Shown piece by piece: positions 46,565-57,591 of a stretch of DNA of 64,000 nucleotides. This DNA is from Candidatus Eiseniibacteriota bacterium (GTDB lineage: Bacteria; Eisenbacteria; RBG-16-71-46; CAIMUX01; VGJL01). Made by a program: the position numbers and the translations under genes. Position 1 is the stretch's first letter; the number at the start of each line of letters is the position of its first letter. Under the pieces are notes generated by a model that saw only the letters and a program-made list of their open reading frames with translations, was not told the DNA's origin and searched no databases. The stretch is from positions 32,001 through 96,000 of the forward strand of contig JBHGAY010000013.1 in assembly GCA_041946735.1 (NCBI GenBank). Direction: 5' to 3'.

Positions 46565-47278
46565 CTATTCCTCGACCGCCAGCAGGATCCGCCCGCATCC
46601 CTCGCAGACGACCAGGTCGCGGTTGCGCCGCAGCTCCTGCAGCCGCTGCGGCGGCAGGCCGTAGCCGCATCCGCCGCAGGCGCCCGCCTCGACGCCGACG
46701 ATCGCGAGCCCGCCCTTGCTCCGGCGGATCCGGTCGTACTTGGCGCGGAGCGAGGGGGTCAGCTTCTCGGCCGCCTGGTCCCGCAGCTTCTCCTGTCCGT
46801 CGAGTTCCTTCTGCACCTCGGCGAGTTCCGCCCGCAGCCTCTCGCTGGCCGCGTCGTGCTTGCGCTTCTCCTCGTCGACGATCTGCCGCAGGCGGTCGAT
46901 CTCCTTCTGGATGACCTCCTCCTGCTCCAGGATCTCCAGCGACTTGTCGTCGAACTGGCGAGCCTTCTCCTTCATGTTCTCGATCTCGCGGATGTTCGCC
47001 TGGTACTCCTGGTTGTTGCGGATCTTGTACTGCTGCGCCTCGAACTCGCGCCGGCGCGTCTTCGCCATCTCGACCTCGCGCTCCGCGGCGCGCCGGTCCA
47101 TCCGCAGATCCTGGAGCTTGCGCTCCTCCTCGTCGAGCATCTCCTGATGGACGCCCAGTTCCTTCTCCAGCCGCTCCAGCTCGCGCGGGATGACCAGCGC
47201 GCGCTCGCGCAGGCGGTCCGTCTCCCAGTCGTAGATGCGCAGGGACCGGAGGATCTCCAAGTCTTGCGTGCCGATCAT
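46565..47278 (-). CDS. coiled-coil C4-type zinc-ribbon protein (DUF164-like)
   Basis: Long coiled coil, then CGGC...CEGCGRIL; typical neighbour of rnpB. Confidence 0.88.
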   Translation of the reverse strand: MIGTQDLEILRSLRIYDWETDRLRERALVIPRELERLEKELGVHQEMLDEEERKLQDLRMDRRAAEREVEMAKTRRREFEAQQYKIRNNQEYQANIREIENMKEKARQFDDKSLEILEQEEVIQKEIDRLRQIVDEEKRKHDAASERLRAELAEVQKELDGQEKLRDQAAEKLTPSLRAKYDRIRRSKGGLAIVGVEAGACGGCGYGLPPQRLQELRRNRDLVVCEGCGRILLAVEE

Positions 47279-47311
47279 GGGCTAGCGCTCTCTCTTCCTT
47301 CGAAAGAACGG

Positions 47312-47348
47312 CCAGGGGGGGCGCCCGCCACCGGGTCACCCCCCCTGG
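47312..47348. terminator. hairpin downstream of the tRNA pair
   Basis: ccaggggggg...ccccccctgg inverted repeat; no U-tract. Confidence 0.35.
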
Positions 47349-47419
47349 TTGTCATCGATGCGACGACCGACCGGGGCCTCCTCGCCTGCAACGTCGGGAG
47401 GGATCGACCCCGATCGGAA

Positions 47420-47495
47420 TGGTGGGCGGCACAGGACTTGAACCTGTGACCCCCGGCTTGTGATGCCGATGCTCTGCCAGCTGAGCTAGCCGCCC
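47420..47495 (-). tRNA. tRNA-Val(CAC), CCA encoded
   Basis: GGGCGGC TA GCTC..GAGC A TCGGC ATCACAA GCCGG GGGTC ACAGG TTCAAGT CCTGT GCCGCCC ACCA. Confidence 0.92.
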
Positions 47496-47520
47496 TCGCT
47501 TCTGCACGGAACCTGCCGAT

Positions 47521-47593
47521 TGGGCCCACTTGGATTCGAACCAAGGACCAGCCAGTTATGAGCCGGCGGCTCTGACCTCTGAGCTATGGGCCC
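47521..47593 (-). tRNA. tRNA-Ile2 (CAT, lysidine type), CCA not encoded
   Basis: GGGCCCA TA GCTC..GAGC C GCCGG CTCATAA CTGGC TGGTC CTTGG TTCGAAT CCAAG TGGGCCC A; position just downstream of rpoD as for ileX. Confidence 0.85.
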
Positions 47594-47688
47594 TCGCTCC
47601 GAACTCCCGGGACCGGAAAGTACCTACCAGACGTCCCCGAACGCGTCAAGGCGGCGCGCCGAGGACGGCGCGGAAACGATTCCCGCGC

Positions 47689-49566
47689 CTATGTCATCTC
47701 CATGAACGCCTTCAGCCGGCGCTTGCGCGTCGGATGCTTGAGCTTGCGCAGCGCCTTCGCCTCGATCTGCCGGATCCGCTCGCGCGTCACGTTGAAGAGC
47801 GCGCCGACCTCTTCGAGGGTCCGCGGGCAGCCGTCCTCCGTCAGGCCGAAGCGCAGCCGGATCACCCGCGCCTCGCGCTTGGTCAGCGTCTCGAGCACCT
47901 CGTTGACCTCTTCGCGGAGCATCGCGTAGGTCGCCGAATGCGCCGGCGACACCACGGAGGTGTCCTCGATGAAGTCGCCGAGGTTCGAGTCGTCGTCCTC
48001 GCCGATCGGGCGGTCGAGCGAGATCGGCTCCTGCGCCGCCTTCAGCACCAGCTTGATCTTGTCGACCGGCATCTTCAGCCGGTCGGCGATCTCCTCCGGG
48101 GTCGGCTCGCGGCCGAGGTCCTGGACGAGCCGGCGCGAGGTGCGCACCACCTTGTTGATCGCCTCGATCATGTGGACCGGCACGCGGATGGTGCGCGCCT
48201 GGTCGGCGATCGCCCGCGTGATCGCCTGCCGGATCCACCACGTCGCGTAGGTGGAGAACTTGTACCCCTTGCGATAATCGAACTTGTCGACCGCCCGCAT
48301 CAGGCCGCTGTTCCCCTCCTGGATCAGGTCGAGAAATTCCAGCCCGCGGTTGGTGTAGCGCTTCGCGATCGAGATGACGAGCCGCACGTTCGCCTCGATC
48401 ATCTCCTTCTTCGCCTGATCGCGCCGGATCTCGCCGTCCTCGATCAGATGGACGACCTCGCGGAGCGATGCGGCGCTCATCTTGATGTCGTTCTCGAGAC
48501 GGCGGAGCTTGCGCTTCTCGTCCTTGCATTCGGTGTCGAGCTGCGCGATCTGCGCGAGCGCCTCGGTTGCGAGATCGTCGCTGTGCGCGCCATGGCCCCC
48601 ATGCGCGCCGTGGGCGCCGCGGGCCGGCTTCTTGCGCTCCGTCTCCTTCGCCTTGGCCGAGCGTCCCTTCGCCGACGCCTTCGACGCGGCGATCAGGCTC
48701 CTGCGGTGGTCGATCTCCCGCTCGAGCGTCCGGATGCGGAACTCGACCTCGTCGAACCGCTCCCGGTCCCGCTTCAGCCGCGCCGAGAGCTTCTCCAGCA
48801 GCTTCTGGCTCACCTGGAGCTTCAGCACCTCGTCGGCGAGCTTCTGCTCCTTCTTCTCCGCCTCCGCCAGGAGCTGCGCCTTCTTCGCCGCCGGCGCCCG
48901 CTTCTCGGCGACCCCTCGCGCCTCCACCCAGATGTCGTAGGCCTTCTTGATCCGGGCGACGCCGTTCTTCGCGCGGGTCTGCTCCTTCTTGGGCGACACC
49001 TCGGCGTCCCAGTTGCCCATGTCGAGCTGCACGATGTCGCCGAGCTGCCCCTTGCCGGCCTTGTACTTCTCGTGCGCGTGCTCGAGCTCGGCGACCGCGA
49101 TCGGCGTCTTGAACATCGCCCGCGCGATCTGATGCTCGGCCGCTTCGATCCTCTTGGCGATCTCGACCTCGCCCTCGCGGTCGAGAAGCGGCACGCGGCC
49201 CATCTCGCGCAGGTACATACGGACCGGGTCGTCGTAACGGACGGTGGGGGTGGGCTGGAGCCGGGTGTCCTTCCGCGCCGCCTCGGCGGCGGGGGTGCCC
49301 CGGGCGACCTTCAGGTCGCGCATCGCCTCTTCGGTCGATTCGAAGACCTTGATCTGCAGGTCGCGCAGCAGGACGAACGCCTCGTCCATCTGCTCGACCA
49401 TCTCGTCGGGAGCCGCCGAACTGCTATTGATCGCGCCCTCGATGTCCTCGTAGGTCACGTACCCTTGACGGAGGGCGAGGCCCTTGAGGTTCTGCAGGTT
49501 ATCCCCGCGAGGACGTTCCTTCATGGGTTGGAGGCTCCTTTCCGGCCCATTTTCGTAAGATGCCAT
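47689..49566 (-). CDS. rpoD: RNA polymerase primary sigma factor
   Basis: [63 protein letters not shown]; alternative start ATG 49524. Confidence 0.97.
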   Translation of the reverse strand: MASYENGPERSLQPMKERPRGDNLQNLKGLALRQGYVTYEDIEGAINSSSAAPDEMVEQMDEAFVLLRDLQIKVFESTEEAMRDLKVARGTPAAEAARKDTRLQPTPTVRYDDPVRMYLREMGRVPLLDREGEVEIAKRIEAAEHQIARAMFKTPIAVAELEHAHEKYKAGKGQLGDIVQLDMGNWDAEVSPKKEQTRAKNGVARIKKAYDIWVEARGVAEKRAPAAKKAQLLAEAEKKEQKLADEVLKLQVSQKLLEKLSARLKRDRERFDEVEFRIRTLEREIDHRRSLIAASKASAKGRSAKAKETERKKPARGAHGAHGGHGAHSDDLATEALAQIAQLDTECKDEKRKLRRLENDIKMSAASLREVVHLIEDGEIRRDQAKKEMIEANVRLVISIAKRYTNRGLEFLDLIQEGNSGLMRAVDKFDYRKGYKFSTYATWWIRQAITRAIADQARTIRVPVHMIEAINKVVRTSRRLVQDLGREPTPEEIADRLKMPVDKIKLVLKAAQEPISLDRPIGEDDDSNLGDFIEDTSVVSPAHSATYAMLREEVNEVLETLTKREARVIRLRFGLTEDGCPRTLEEVGALFNVTRERIRQIEAKALRKLKHPTRKRRLKAFMEMT

Positions 49567-49583
49567 TCAAGCACCCCGCGTGT

Positions 49584-51368
49584 CTATAGGAAGTTCCCCT
49601 TTGCGCCCCCCTCGATCGCCGGCAGATCTCGCAACTCTGTCGCGAGTTCCTGCTTCGCGCGCAGCAAATCGGCCACGTCCTCCCCGCGATCCTGCATGCG
49701 CCGGATCCGATCGGTGAGATCCCGCATTTTCTGGCGTAGTCCTTGCTCACGAAGCCGGCGCACCAGGTCCGTCGGGATCTCCTCCGGCTGCCCCGTCTCC
49801 TCGTGCAGGAAGGCGAGGGCCCGCAGCAATCCCGGCTCGTCGGACGCCCGCGAGAGCAGCCCCGCGGCGTCGATGACCCCCTCCTCGTACCGTTCCTCGA
49901 TCCAAGCCAGCAGGCGCGAGCAGGCGGGGGAAATCGCCGGCACGCCCTGCGACGCCTCGAGAATCCGCGCCGCCGTGCGAGGAGCGCGGACCGCCGCCGA
50001 GACCACCTCCCGCTCGTAGGCGGTCAGCCGCGCCTCCGGCGCTCCCCGGGGCGGCGTCGCCGGAGCGGGGCGCGTCGCCGCCGGTCCCCGAGGCTCGGCC
50101 GCGCGCGCCGCCGCGGCGATCGCCTCGGCGAGCCGCTGCTCCCGGACGCGAAATCGGCCCGCCGCCTCCTGGATCCAGAGGTCGCGAACCAGCGGGTCGC
50201 GGACTCGCGCGAGAAGGGCGGCCACCCGGCCGAGCGCCTCCTCGGCCGGCAGTCCCGTCTCCGCCGCCCATTCCTCCAGGTATTGAAGGGGGGACTGCGC
50301 GCGGTCCAGCGCCTCGCGCACGCTCTGCGCCCCCTCGGAACGGACCCAGTCGTCCGGATCCTTGCCGGTCGGGCAGAGGGCGATCCGCACCCCGGGATGC
50401 ACGGGAACCGCGGCGTCGAGAGCGCGCAGCACCGCCGCACGGCCGGCCGCGTCTCCATCGAAGAGGAGCGTCCATCGATCCGAATATCGCCGGAGGAGTC
50501 CGGCCTGATCCGGGGTCAAGGCGGTGCCGCAGGTTCCGACCACCTCCCCGATCCCCGCTGCCGAGAGGGCGATCACGTCGAAGTACCCTTCGACGACGAG
50601 GACGTTCCCCGCCCTCCGGATCGCGTCGCGCGCCTCGCCGAGGCCGAAGAGAACCGTCCCCTTGCGATACAGCGGCGTCTCCGGCGAGTTGATGTACTTC
50701 GGCTCCTCGGCGCCGAGCGTGCGGCCGCCGAAGGCGACCGGACGTCCCCCGGCCGTGCGGATCGGGACGATCACCCGCTCGCGAAAGCGGTCGTACGGTC
50801 CGCGCGTCCCCTCGATCGCGAGTCCGGCGAGGATCAGGATCCGCTCGGGAAGGAGACGGCGCGCGTGCCGGAGAAGCGAGTCCCAGCCGGCCGGAGCCCA
50901 GCCGAGACCGAAGCGCTCGATCGTTTCCGGCCCCAGCCCGCGCGCCTGCAGATAGCGACGCGCCTGCGCCCCGTCGTCCGCCGCGAGCCGCTCCCGGTAG
51001 AAGCCGGCCGCAACCTCCATCGCCTCGCCGAGCCGCTCCTCCGTGCTCGCCCCTTCGCCGCGCTCCCGCCGTTTCGGCATTGGAATCCCGGCGCGCTCCG
51101 CGAGGCTTCGCAGCGTCTCGGGGAACGTCATCTTCTCCATCTCCATGAGGAAGGTGAAGACGTCGCCTCCCTGCTGGCATCCGAAGCAGTAGTAGCTCTG
51201 GGTCTCGGGATTGACGAAGAACGACGCGGTCTTCTCGCCGTGGAACGGGCAGAGTCCCTTCCAGCGGCGCCCCGCCTTCTTTAGCTCCATGTAGGAGCCG
51301 ATGACGGCCAGGATGTCGCTCGCCAGACGGACCTGTTCCACGAACGGGTCGGCCCCGCGAAGACCCAT
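49584..51368 (-). CDS. dnaG: DNA primase
   Basis: CPFHGEKTASF..CFGC zinc finger, DRFRER, KYINSPET, VEGYFDV, FDGDAAG. Confidence 0.97.
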   Translation of the reverse strand: MGLRGADPFVEQVRLASDILAVIGSYMELKKAGRRWKGLCPFHGEKTASFFVNPETQSYYCFGCQQGGDVFTFLMEMEKMTFPETLRSLAERAGIPMPKRRERGEGASTEERLGEAMEVAAGFYRERLAADDGAQARRYLQARGLGPETIERFGLGWAPAGWDSLLRHARRLLPERILILAGLAIEGTRGPYDRFRERVIVPIRTAGGRPVAFGGRTLGAEEPKYINSPETPLYRKGTVLFGLGEARDAIRRAGNVLVVEGYFDVIALSAAGIGEVVGTCGTALTPDQAGLLRRYSDRWTLLFDGDAAGRAAVLRALDAAVPVHPGVRIALCPTGKDPDDWVRSEGAQSVREALDRAQSPLQYLEEWAAETGLPAEEALGRVAALLARVRDPLVRDLWIQEAAGRFRVREQRLAEAIAAAARAAEPRGPAATRPAPATPPRGAPEARLTAYEREVVSAAVRAPRTAARILEASQGVPAISPACSRLLAWIEERYEEGVIDAAGLLSRASDEPGLLRALAFLHEETGQPEEIPTDLVRRLREQGLRQKMRDLTDRIRRMQDRGEDVADLLRAKQELATELRDLPAIEGGAKGNFL

Positions 51369-51372
51369 CCGA

Positions 51373-53892
51373 CTAGCCTCCTACCTGCGCGGAGCGGACG
51401 CGGACCACGGTCGCTCCCCATCCCCCTTCGCGCGGCTCGCCGATGCGGAACGACTCTACGACCGGCGAGGAGGCGAGCAGCGCTTCGATCTCGCGCTTGA
51501 GGATCCCCTTTCCCTTTCCGTGGATGATCCGCACCTCCGGCACGCCGGCGATCGCCGCGCGGTCGAGATAGCGCTCCACCTCGGCGACCGACTCCTCCGC
51601 GGTCCTGCCGCGAAGGTCGATCTGCCGCTCGACCGTGCCGACGCTCTCCGGCTCCGGCCCCCGGATCCTGTCCCGGCGCGGCCGGACGGCGACGCGCGTG
51701 GCGTCGCTGGCCGCCGCTCCTTCCCGCTCTTCCGAGCCCGGAAGGGTGAGAGAGGCGAGCGGCACCTGGATGCGGAAGCTGCCGTGCCACACCCACACCT
51801 TGCCCGAAGGATCGGGAGGCGAGTCGATCCGGACGGTGGCGCCGAGGTCTTCGCTGTACGCCGCGACTCCCGCGCGCGCCTGCTCGGGCGCGATCCTGGG
51901 CCGGCTGCGGTCCTGGGGACGGCGCAACCGCGCGCGCGCGGCGCGCAACCGCTCCTCGAAGCTCGCCGCCTCGCCCGCCGCCGTCGACGACGCCGCCGCC
52001 GGCGTCGCCATCCGGCCGGAGCGATCCCGCTCGCCGCGCTCCCGCTCCGCCTCGAGCCGCCGCTTCTCCGCCTGCGCCCGCTCCCGCTCCGCGTCCATTC
52101 GCATGCGGCGCGCTTCGCGCAGCAGCGATTCCGCCTCGGCGATCCACCGTCCCGTCGTCTCCCACCGGCTCTGGCGAAGATCGTGAATTCGCTGCTTGAG
52201 GCGCAGCGCCAGCTCCTCGCGCCGCCGCGTCGTCTCGCGCATCTGCTCGGCGGCACGGCGCGCCGCCGCGATCTCCTCGGTGAGCTGGCCGCGCTTCTGC
52301 TCGAGGTCGGACAGCAGCTCGTCGAGCGCCGCGGTCAGGCGATTGCGGTACCGCTCGGCCCGCTCGAGGAGCTCGTCCGCCGGAAGCACGCGCCGCGCCA
52401 GCTCGAAGGCGCGCGAGCGGCCCGGCGCGCCCGGGCGGAGCCGGTAGGTCGGCTTCTGCGTCGCGGGATCGAACTCCATCGCGGCGTTCGCCATCCTCGG
52501 GTGCTCGTGCGCGAGCATCTTCAGGCCGATCAGGTGCGTCGTCGCGAGCAGCAGGCAGCCTCGCTCGGTCAAGAGCTCGAGCGCGGCGCGCCCGAGGGCC
52601 GTCCCTTCGTCCGGATCGGTCCCGCCCCCGAGCTCGTCGAGCAGGACGAGCGAACGGGACGTCGCGCCCTGCCACGCGAGGCCGAGGTTCCGCAGGTGGC
52701 CGGCGAAGGTGCTCGTCTCCTGCTCGATCGACTGCTCGTCCCCCAGATCCGCGAAGAGTCCGTCGACGAAAGGAAGATCTGTGCCGTCGGCGGCCGGGAT
52801 CGGCAGCGCCGCCTGCGCCATCGCGACCAGAAGCCCGGCCGTCTTCAGCGCGACCGTCTTGCCGCCCATGTTCGGGCCGGACAGGATGAGCGTCCGCGCC
52901 TCGCCCGACACCTCGAGATCGAGAGGAACGACCGGCGAGCCGCCCCGGCCGGCCGCGTCAGCGAGGAGCGGATGGCGCGCTCCGACCAGGCGCAACCGTT
53001 CCCCGTCGTTCCAGACCGGCATCCGGCCATCGAGATCGCGGCCGAGGGCGGCGCGGGCGCGCAGCAGGTCGAGGTCGGCCGCCGCTTCGTCGCTCTCGGC
53101 GATCTCCTCGCGCCGGGCGCGGACCGCCTGCGTCAGCTCGCGAAGAATCGCGACCCGCTCCTGCAGCTCGCGCGCCTCCATCTCGGCGATGCCGTTGTTG
53201 CGCTCGAGCACCTGCAGCGGCTCGAGGAAGATCGTCTGCCCGGAGCCGGAATGGCCGTGGACGATGCCGGGCAACCGGGACCGGTCCTGCGCGCGGACGG
53301 CGAGCACGTAGCGCCCCTCGCGCAGCGTCACGAAGCTCTCCTCCGGGTGCGAGCTCTCGCGCCTCGCCAGCTCCGCCAGCGCCTCTCCCGCCTCCGCGCG
53401 CGAGAGGCGGAGCTGGCGGCGCAGCCGCCCGAGCGTCGGGCTCGCGCTGTCGAGGAACTCCCCCGAGGGATCGAGGACCTCGCCGAGCCGCCGCAGCCAC
53501 GCGCCGAAGTCGCCGAAGCGGAGCCCGAGCGCGTGCATGTCGGGAAACCGGGCGGCGACCTCCTCGCGATCCAGCGTGCGCCGCGCGCGCGTGCTCACCT
53601 CGAGGAAGCGGCCGAGATCGAGAAGCTCGAGCGGCTCCATCGGCTCCTCGCCGTGGCGCAGGCGCGCGAGCAGCGGAGTCAGGTCGCCGGCGTCGATCGC
53701 TCCGGTGTCGTAGCCGGCCGTCCAGAGATCGGAGATCTGGCGGACCCGTTCGATCTCCCGCTCGACCGCCTCGCGATCGGTCGAAGGGCGTAGCTCGAGC
53801 GCCCTCGCCCGGCCACGGACCGAGGAGGCGCGGTCCGCGACCATGCGGCGGACCTTGGGAAAGTCGAGGAGTGCGAGTACGTGCTCGTTCAC
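51373..53892 (-). CDS. mutS2: endonuclease MutS2
   Basis: SGPNMGGKT, DLGDEQSI, STFAGH, LDELGGGTDP, Smr domain IDLRG..IIHGKG; start set at GTG 53892, downstream of rpsU. Confidence 0.93.
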   Translation of the reverse strand: MNEHVLALLDFPKVRRMVADRASSVRGRARALELRPSTDREAVEREIERVRQISDLWTAGYDTGAIDAGDLTPLLARLRHGEEPMEPLELLDLGRFLEVSTRARRTLDREEVAARFPDMHALGLRFGDFGAWLRRLGEVLDPSGEFLDSASPTLGRLRRQLRLSRAEAGEALAELARRESSHPEESFVTLREGRYVLAVRAQDRSRLPGIVHGHSGSGQTIFLEPLQVLERNNGIAEMEARELQERVAILRELTQAVRARREEIAESDEAAADLDLLRARAALGRDLDGRMPVWNDGERLRLVGARHPLLADAAGRGGSPVVPLDLEVSGEARTLILSGPNMGGKTVALKTAGLLVAMAQAALPIPAADGTDLPFVDGLFADLGDEQSIEQETSTFAGHLRNLGLAWQGATSRSLVLLDELGGGTDPDEGTALGRAALELLTERGCLLLATTHLIGLKMLAHEHPRMANAAMEFDPATQKPTYRLRPGAPGRSRAFELARRVLPADELLERAERYRNRLTAALDELLSDLEQKRGQLTEEIAAARRAAEQMRETTRRREELALRLKQRIHDLRQSRWETTGRWIAEAESLLREARRMRMDAERERAQAEKRRLEAERERGERDRSGRMATPAAASSTAAGEAASFEERLRAARARLRRPQDRSRPRIAPEQARAGVAAYSEDLGATVRIDSPPDPSGKVWVWHGSFRIQVPLASLTLPGSEEREGAAASDATRVAVRPRRDRIRGPEPESVGTVERQIDLRGRTAEESVAEVERYLDRAAIAGVPEVRIIHGKGKGILKREIEALLASSPVVESFRIGEPREGGWGATVVRVRSAQVGG

Positions 53893-53951
53893 GGAAAAGA
53901 CGGCCGGCCCGGGGAGACCGGGCCGGCCTCGCGCAGGGAAAACTCGGGACT

Positions 53952-54146
53952 CTAGCGGGACGAGGATCTCGCCGTCGCCGCCTTTCGGCGCGCGGCGTTC
54001 TCCTTCCGCTTGCGCTTCTCGCTCGGCTTCTCGAAATGCTGATGTTTGCGGACGTCGGCTAAGATTCCCGCCTTTTCGCACTTCTTCTTGAAGCGGCGAA
54101 GCGCGCTCTCGAAGGACTCACCGTCCTTCACGCGAATACCTGGCAA
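53952..54146 (-). CDS. rpsU: 30S ribosomal protein S21
   Basis: [42 protein letters not shown] start after AGGGGGTG SD. Confidence 0.95.
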   Translation of the reverse strand: MPGIRVKDGESFESALRRFKKKCEKAGILADVRKHQHFEKPSEKRKRKENAARRKAATARSSSR

Positions 54147-54249
54147 AGCTGGCAACACCCCCTAACCGTGGATGGGATCCTTGGAGGACCGTGAGAATCG
54201 AGAAATGGAGAGTGAGGGCCGTCCACGCGGCCCAGGTCCCGCAGCGGCC

Positions 54250-54278
54250 AACGTAGCGCGTGTTCGGCGTTGTGTCAA
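54250..54278 (-). promoter_or_regulatory. sigma70 promoter of the rpsU operon
   Basis: On the minus strand TTGACA, 17 bp spacer, TACGTT. Confidence 0.7.
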
Positions 54279-54353
54279 CGGCGACGGCGAGTTCGGCGAC
54301 GGCAAGTTGGAGAGCGTCCGCCCGCCGCCGCGCGCTCCCCCGCCGCGGCGCCG

Positions 54354-54383
54354 TTGACCGGCCGCAGAACCCGATGCTACGTT
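54354..54383 (+). promoter_or_regulatory. putative sigma70 promoter of the acyl-CoA dehydrogenase-icd operon
   Basis: TTGACC, 18 bp spacer, TACGTT, with extended -10 TG. Confidence 0.55.
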
Positions 54384-54441
54384 TGGCTGCCGTTGGCAGC
54401 GCCTTCCCCCCCATGTCCCGACAAGATCGAAGGAGGCCGGT

Positions 54442-55629
54442 TTGGACGGGTTCCGCGGGGTCGACTTCTACGCCCTCGACGATCTCTGGACGCCCGACGA
54501 GAGGATGATCCGCGACACGGTGCGCTCCTGGGTCGAGGAGCGGATCGTCCCGAACATCGCGGAATGGGCGCGGGACGGCCGCTTTCCGGTCGAGCTGGCA
54601 AAGGAGATGGGCGAGCTGGGCCTCCTCGGTCCCCAGATCCCGGGCGAGGGAAGCCCGGAGCTCGGTCCGGTCGCCTACGGCTTGATCCAGCAGGAGCTGG
54701 AGCGCGGTGACTCGGGGTTCCGGTCGTTCTCCTCGGTGCAGGGGGCGCTCGTGATGTTCCCGATCGCGACGTTCGGCTCCGATGAGCAGCGGCGGCGCTG
54801 GCTCCCCGCCCTTCGCTCGGGAGCGGCGATCGGCTGCTTCGGTCTGACCGAGGCGGACGCCGGCTCGAACCCCGCCGGCATGCGGACGACGGCGCGCCGC
54901 GACGGGGACGGCTGGGTGCTCAACGGCGCGAAGATGTGGATCACCAACGGAACGATCGCCGACCTCGCGGTCGTCTTCGCGCGCACGCCCGAAGGGATCC
55001 AGGGATTCCTCGTCGAACGCGGCGCGCCCGGCTTCCGCGCCCCCGAGATCCGCAACAAGTGGAGCCTGCGCGCCTCGGTCACCTCCGAGCTGGTCTTCGA
55101 GGACTGCCGCCTCCCGGGCGACGCGGTCCTTCCCGGCGCCACCGGCCTGCGCGCCGCGCTCGCCTGCTTGAACGAGGCGCGCTACGGCATCGCCTGGGGA
55201 GCGCTCGGCGCCGCCGCCGCCTGTTACCGCGCCGCTCTCGAGCACGCGAAGACGCGCGTGCAGTTCGACGGCCCGATCGCCGGCCACCAGATGGTGCAGG
55301 AGCGGCTCGTCTGGATGCTGGCGGAGATCACCAAGGGCCAGCTTCTCGCCTGGCGGCTCGGCCGCTTGAAGGAAGAAGGCAAGGCCCGCCCGGAGCAGGT
55401 TTCGCTCGCCAAGCGCGAGAACGTCCGGATGGCGCTCGCCGTCGCCCGCGAGGCGCGCGATCTGCTCGGAGCGGGCGGGATCACGGACGAGTTTCCTGTC
55501 GGTCGTCACATGGCCAATCTGGAGTCCGTCGTCACGTACGAGGGAACCCACAACGTCCACACTTTGATCGTCGGCTCCGCCATCACGGGGATCGACGCGT
55601 TTCGTGCGCCCGGCCCGGCGCGCGGCTGA
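54442..55629 (+). CDS. acyl-CoA dehydrogenase, glutaryl-CoA dehydrogenase-like
   Basis: [50 protein letters not shown] before TTG. Confidence 0.88.
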   Translation: MDGFRGVDFYALDDLWTPDERMIRDTVRSWVEERIVPNIAEWARDGRFPVELAKEMGELGLLGPQIPGEGSPELGPVAYGLIQQELERGDSGFRSFSSVQGALVMFPIATFGSDEQRRRWLPALRSGAAIGCFGLTEADAGSNPAGMRTTARRDGDGWVLNGAKMWITNGTIADLAVVFARTPEGIQGFLVERGAPGFRAPEIRNKWSLRASVTSELVFEDCRLPGDAVLPGATGLRAALACLNEARYGIAWGALGAAAACYRAALEHAKTRVQFDGPIAGHQMVQERLVWMLAEITKGQLLAWRLGRLKEEGKARPEQVSLAKRENVRMALAVAREARDLLGAGGITDEFPVGRHMANLESVVTYEGTHNVHTLIVGSAITGIDAFRAPGPARG

Positions 55630-55669
55630 AGAGTCCGCGCGCGAGGGAGGGCGAGGAGGAGGAAGTTCG

Positions 55670-56907
<1,238 letters not shown>

Positions 56908-56911
<4 letters not shown>

Positions 56912-57591
56912 GGCGCGCGGGCGCCGGAGCGCGGATCGCCGCCGTCCTCGCCGTCGCGTGCAGCCTGCCGCTGGCGGCCGCCTCTCCTTCGTTCGCGCAG
57001 GAGCATGCGGCCGCCGGCGGCGAGGCGGGCATCCGCCTTTCGGCCGCGGCCGGGATCGCCTACCTGCACCCGCGCGACACGGAGCTCTCCTCTCTCTACG
57101 ACGACCCGATCTCCTTTCTCGCCGGCCTCCAGGCGGCAATCCCGAACCTCGGCATCCGCATCGGCCTCGATGCCGGCTATGCGCGCTCGACCTCGCCTCT
57201 CGATTCCCCCTTCTTCGCGTCCTCGGTCGAGTCGGAGCTGACGCGAGTTCCGATCCGCCTCACCGTGACCGCTCCGTTCGGCTCCCCGAACCTTCCGGTG
57301 CGGCCGTTCGCCGGAGCTGGGGCCGAGTTCCTCTACCATCGCGAGACGATCCGCTACCGGCTCCTGGACGAACCGGCGAGCGAGAAGGACGAGAGCCGCT
57401 TCGATCCGGGCGCGGTGATCCTCGCGGGAATCGAGAGCCGCGGCTCCCCTCGCCTGCGCCTCGAGGGATCGGCAAGCTGGGTGCCGGTCGAGCGCAACGT
57501 CGTGCGAGGCGGGGCCACCTACCCGGCGCGGCTCGACGACGAGCGCGACGGAGGGACCTTGGGGGTGCGGATGGAGATCCTCTGGCCATGA
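56908..57591 (+). CDS. putative small outer-membrane beta-barrel protein
   Basis: Signal peptide, amphipathic strands, PFAGAGA motif, C-terminal [13 protein letters not shown] and ATGA overlaps with both neighbours. Confidence 0.62.

Noticed and set aside
47521..47593. tRNA with CAT anticodon read as tRNA-Met or fMet
   Set aside because: No C1:A72 mismatch and no three G-C anticodon-stem pairs of an initiator. The GGGCCC acceptor stem and position after rpoD fit Ile2, though isotype scoring is needed to exclude elongator Met.
47279..47688. tRNA genes as an integration site for a genomic island
   Set aside because: No integrase, no duplicated tRNA 3' end noticed, and flanking genes are core.
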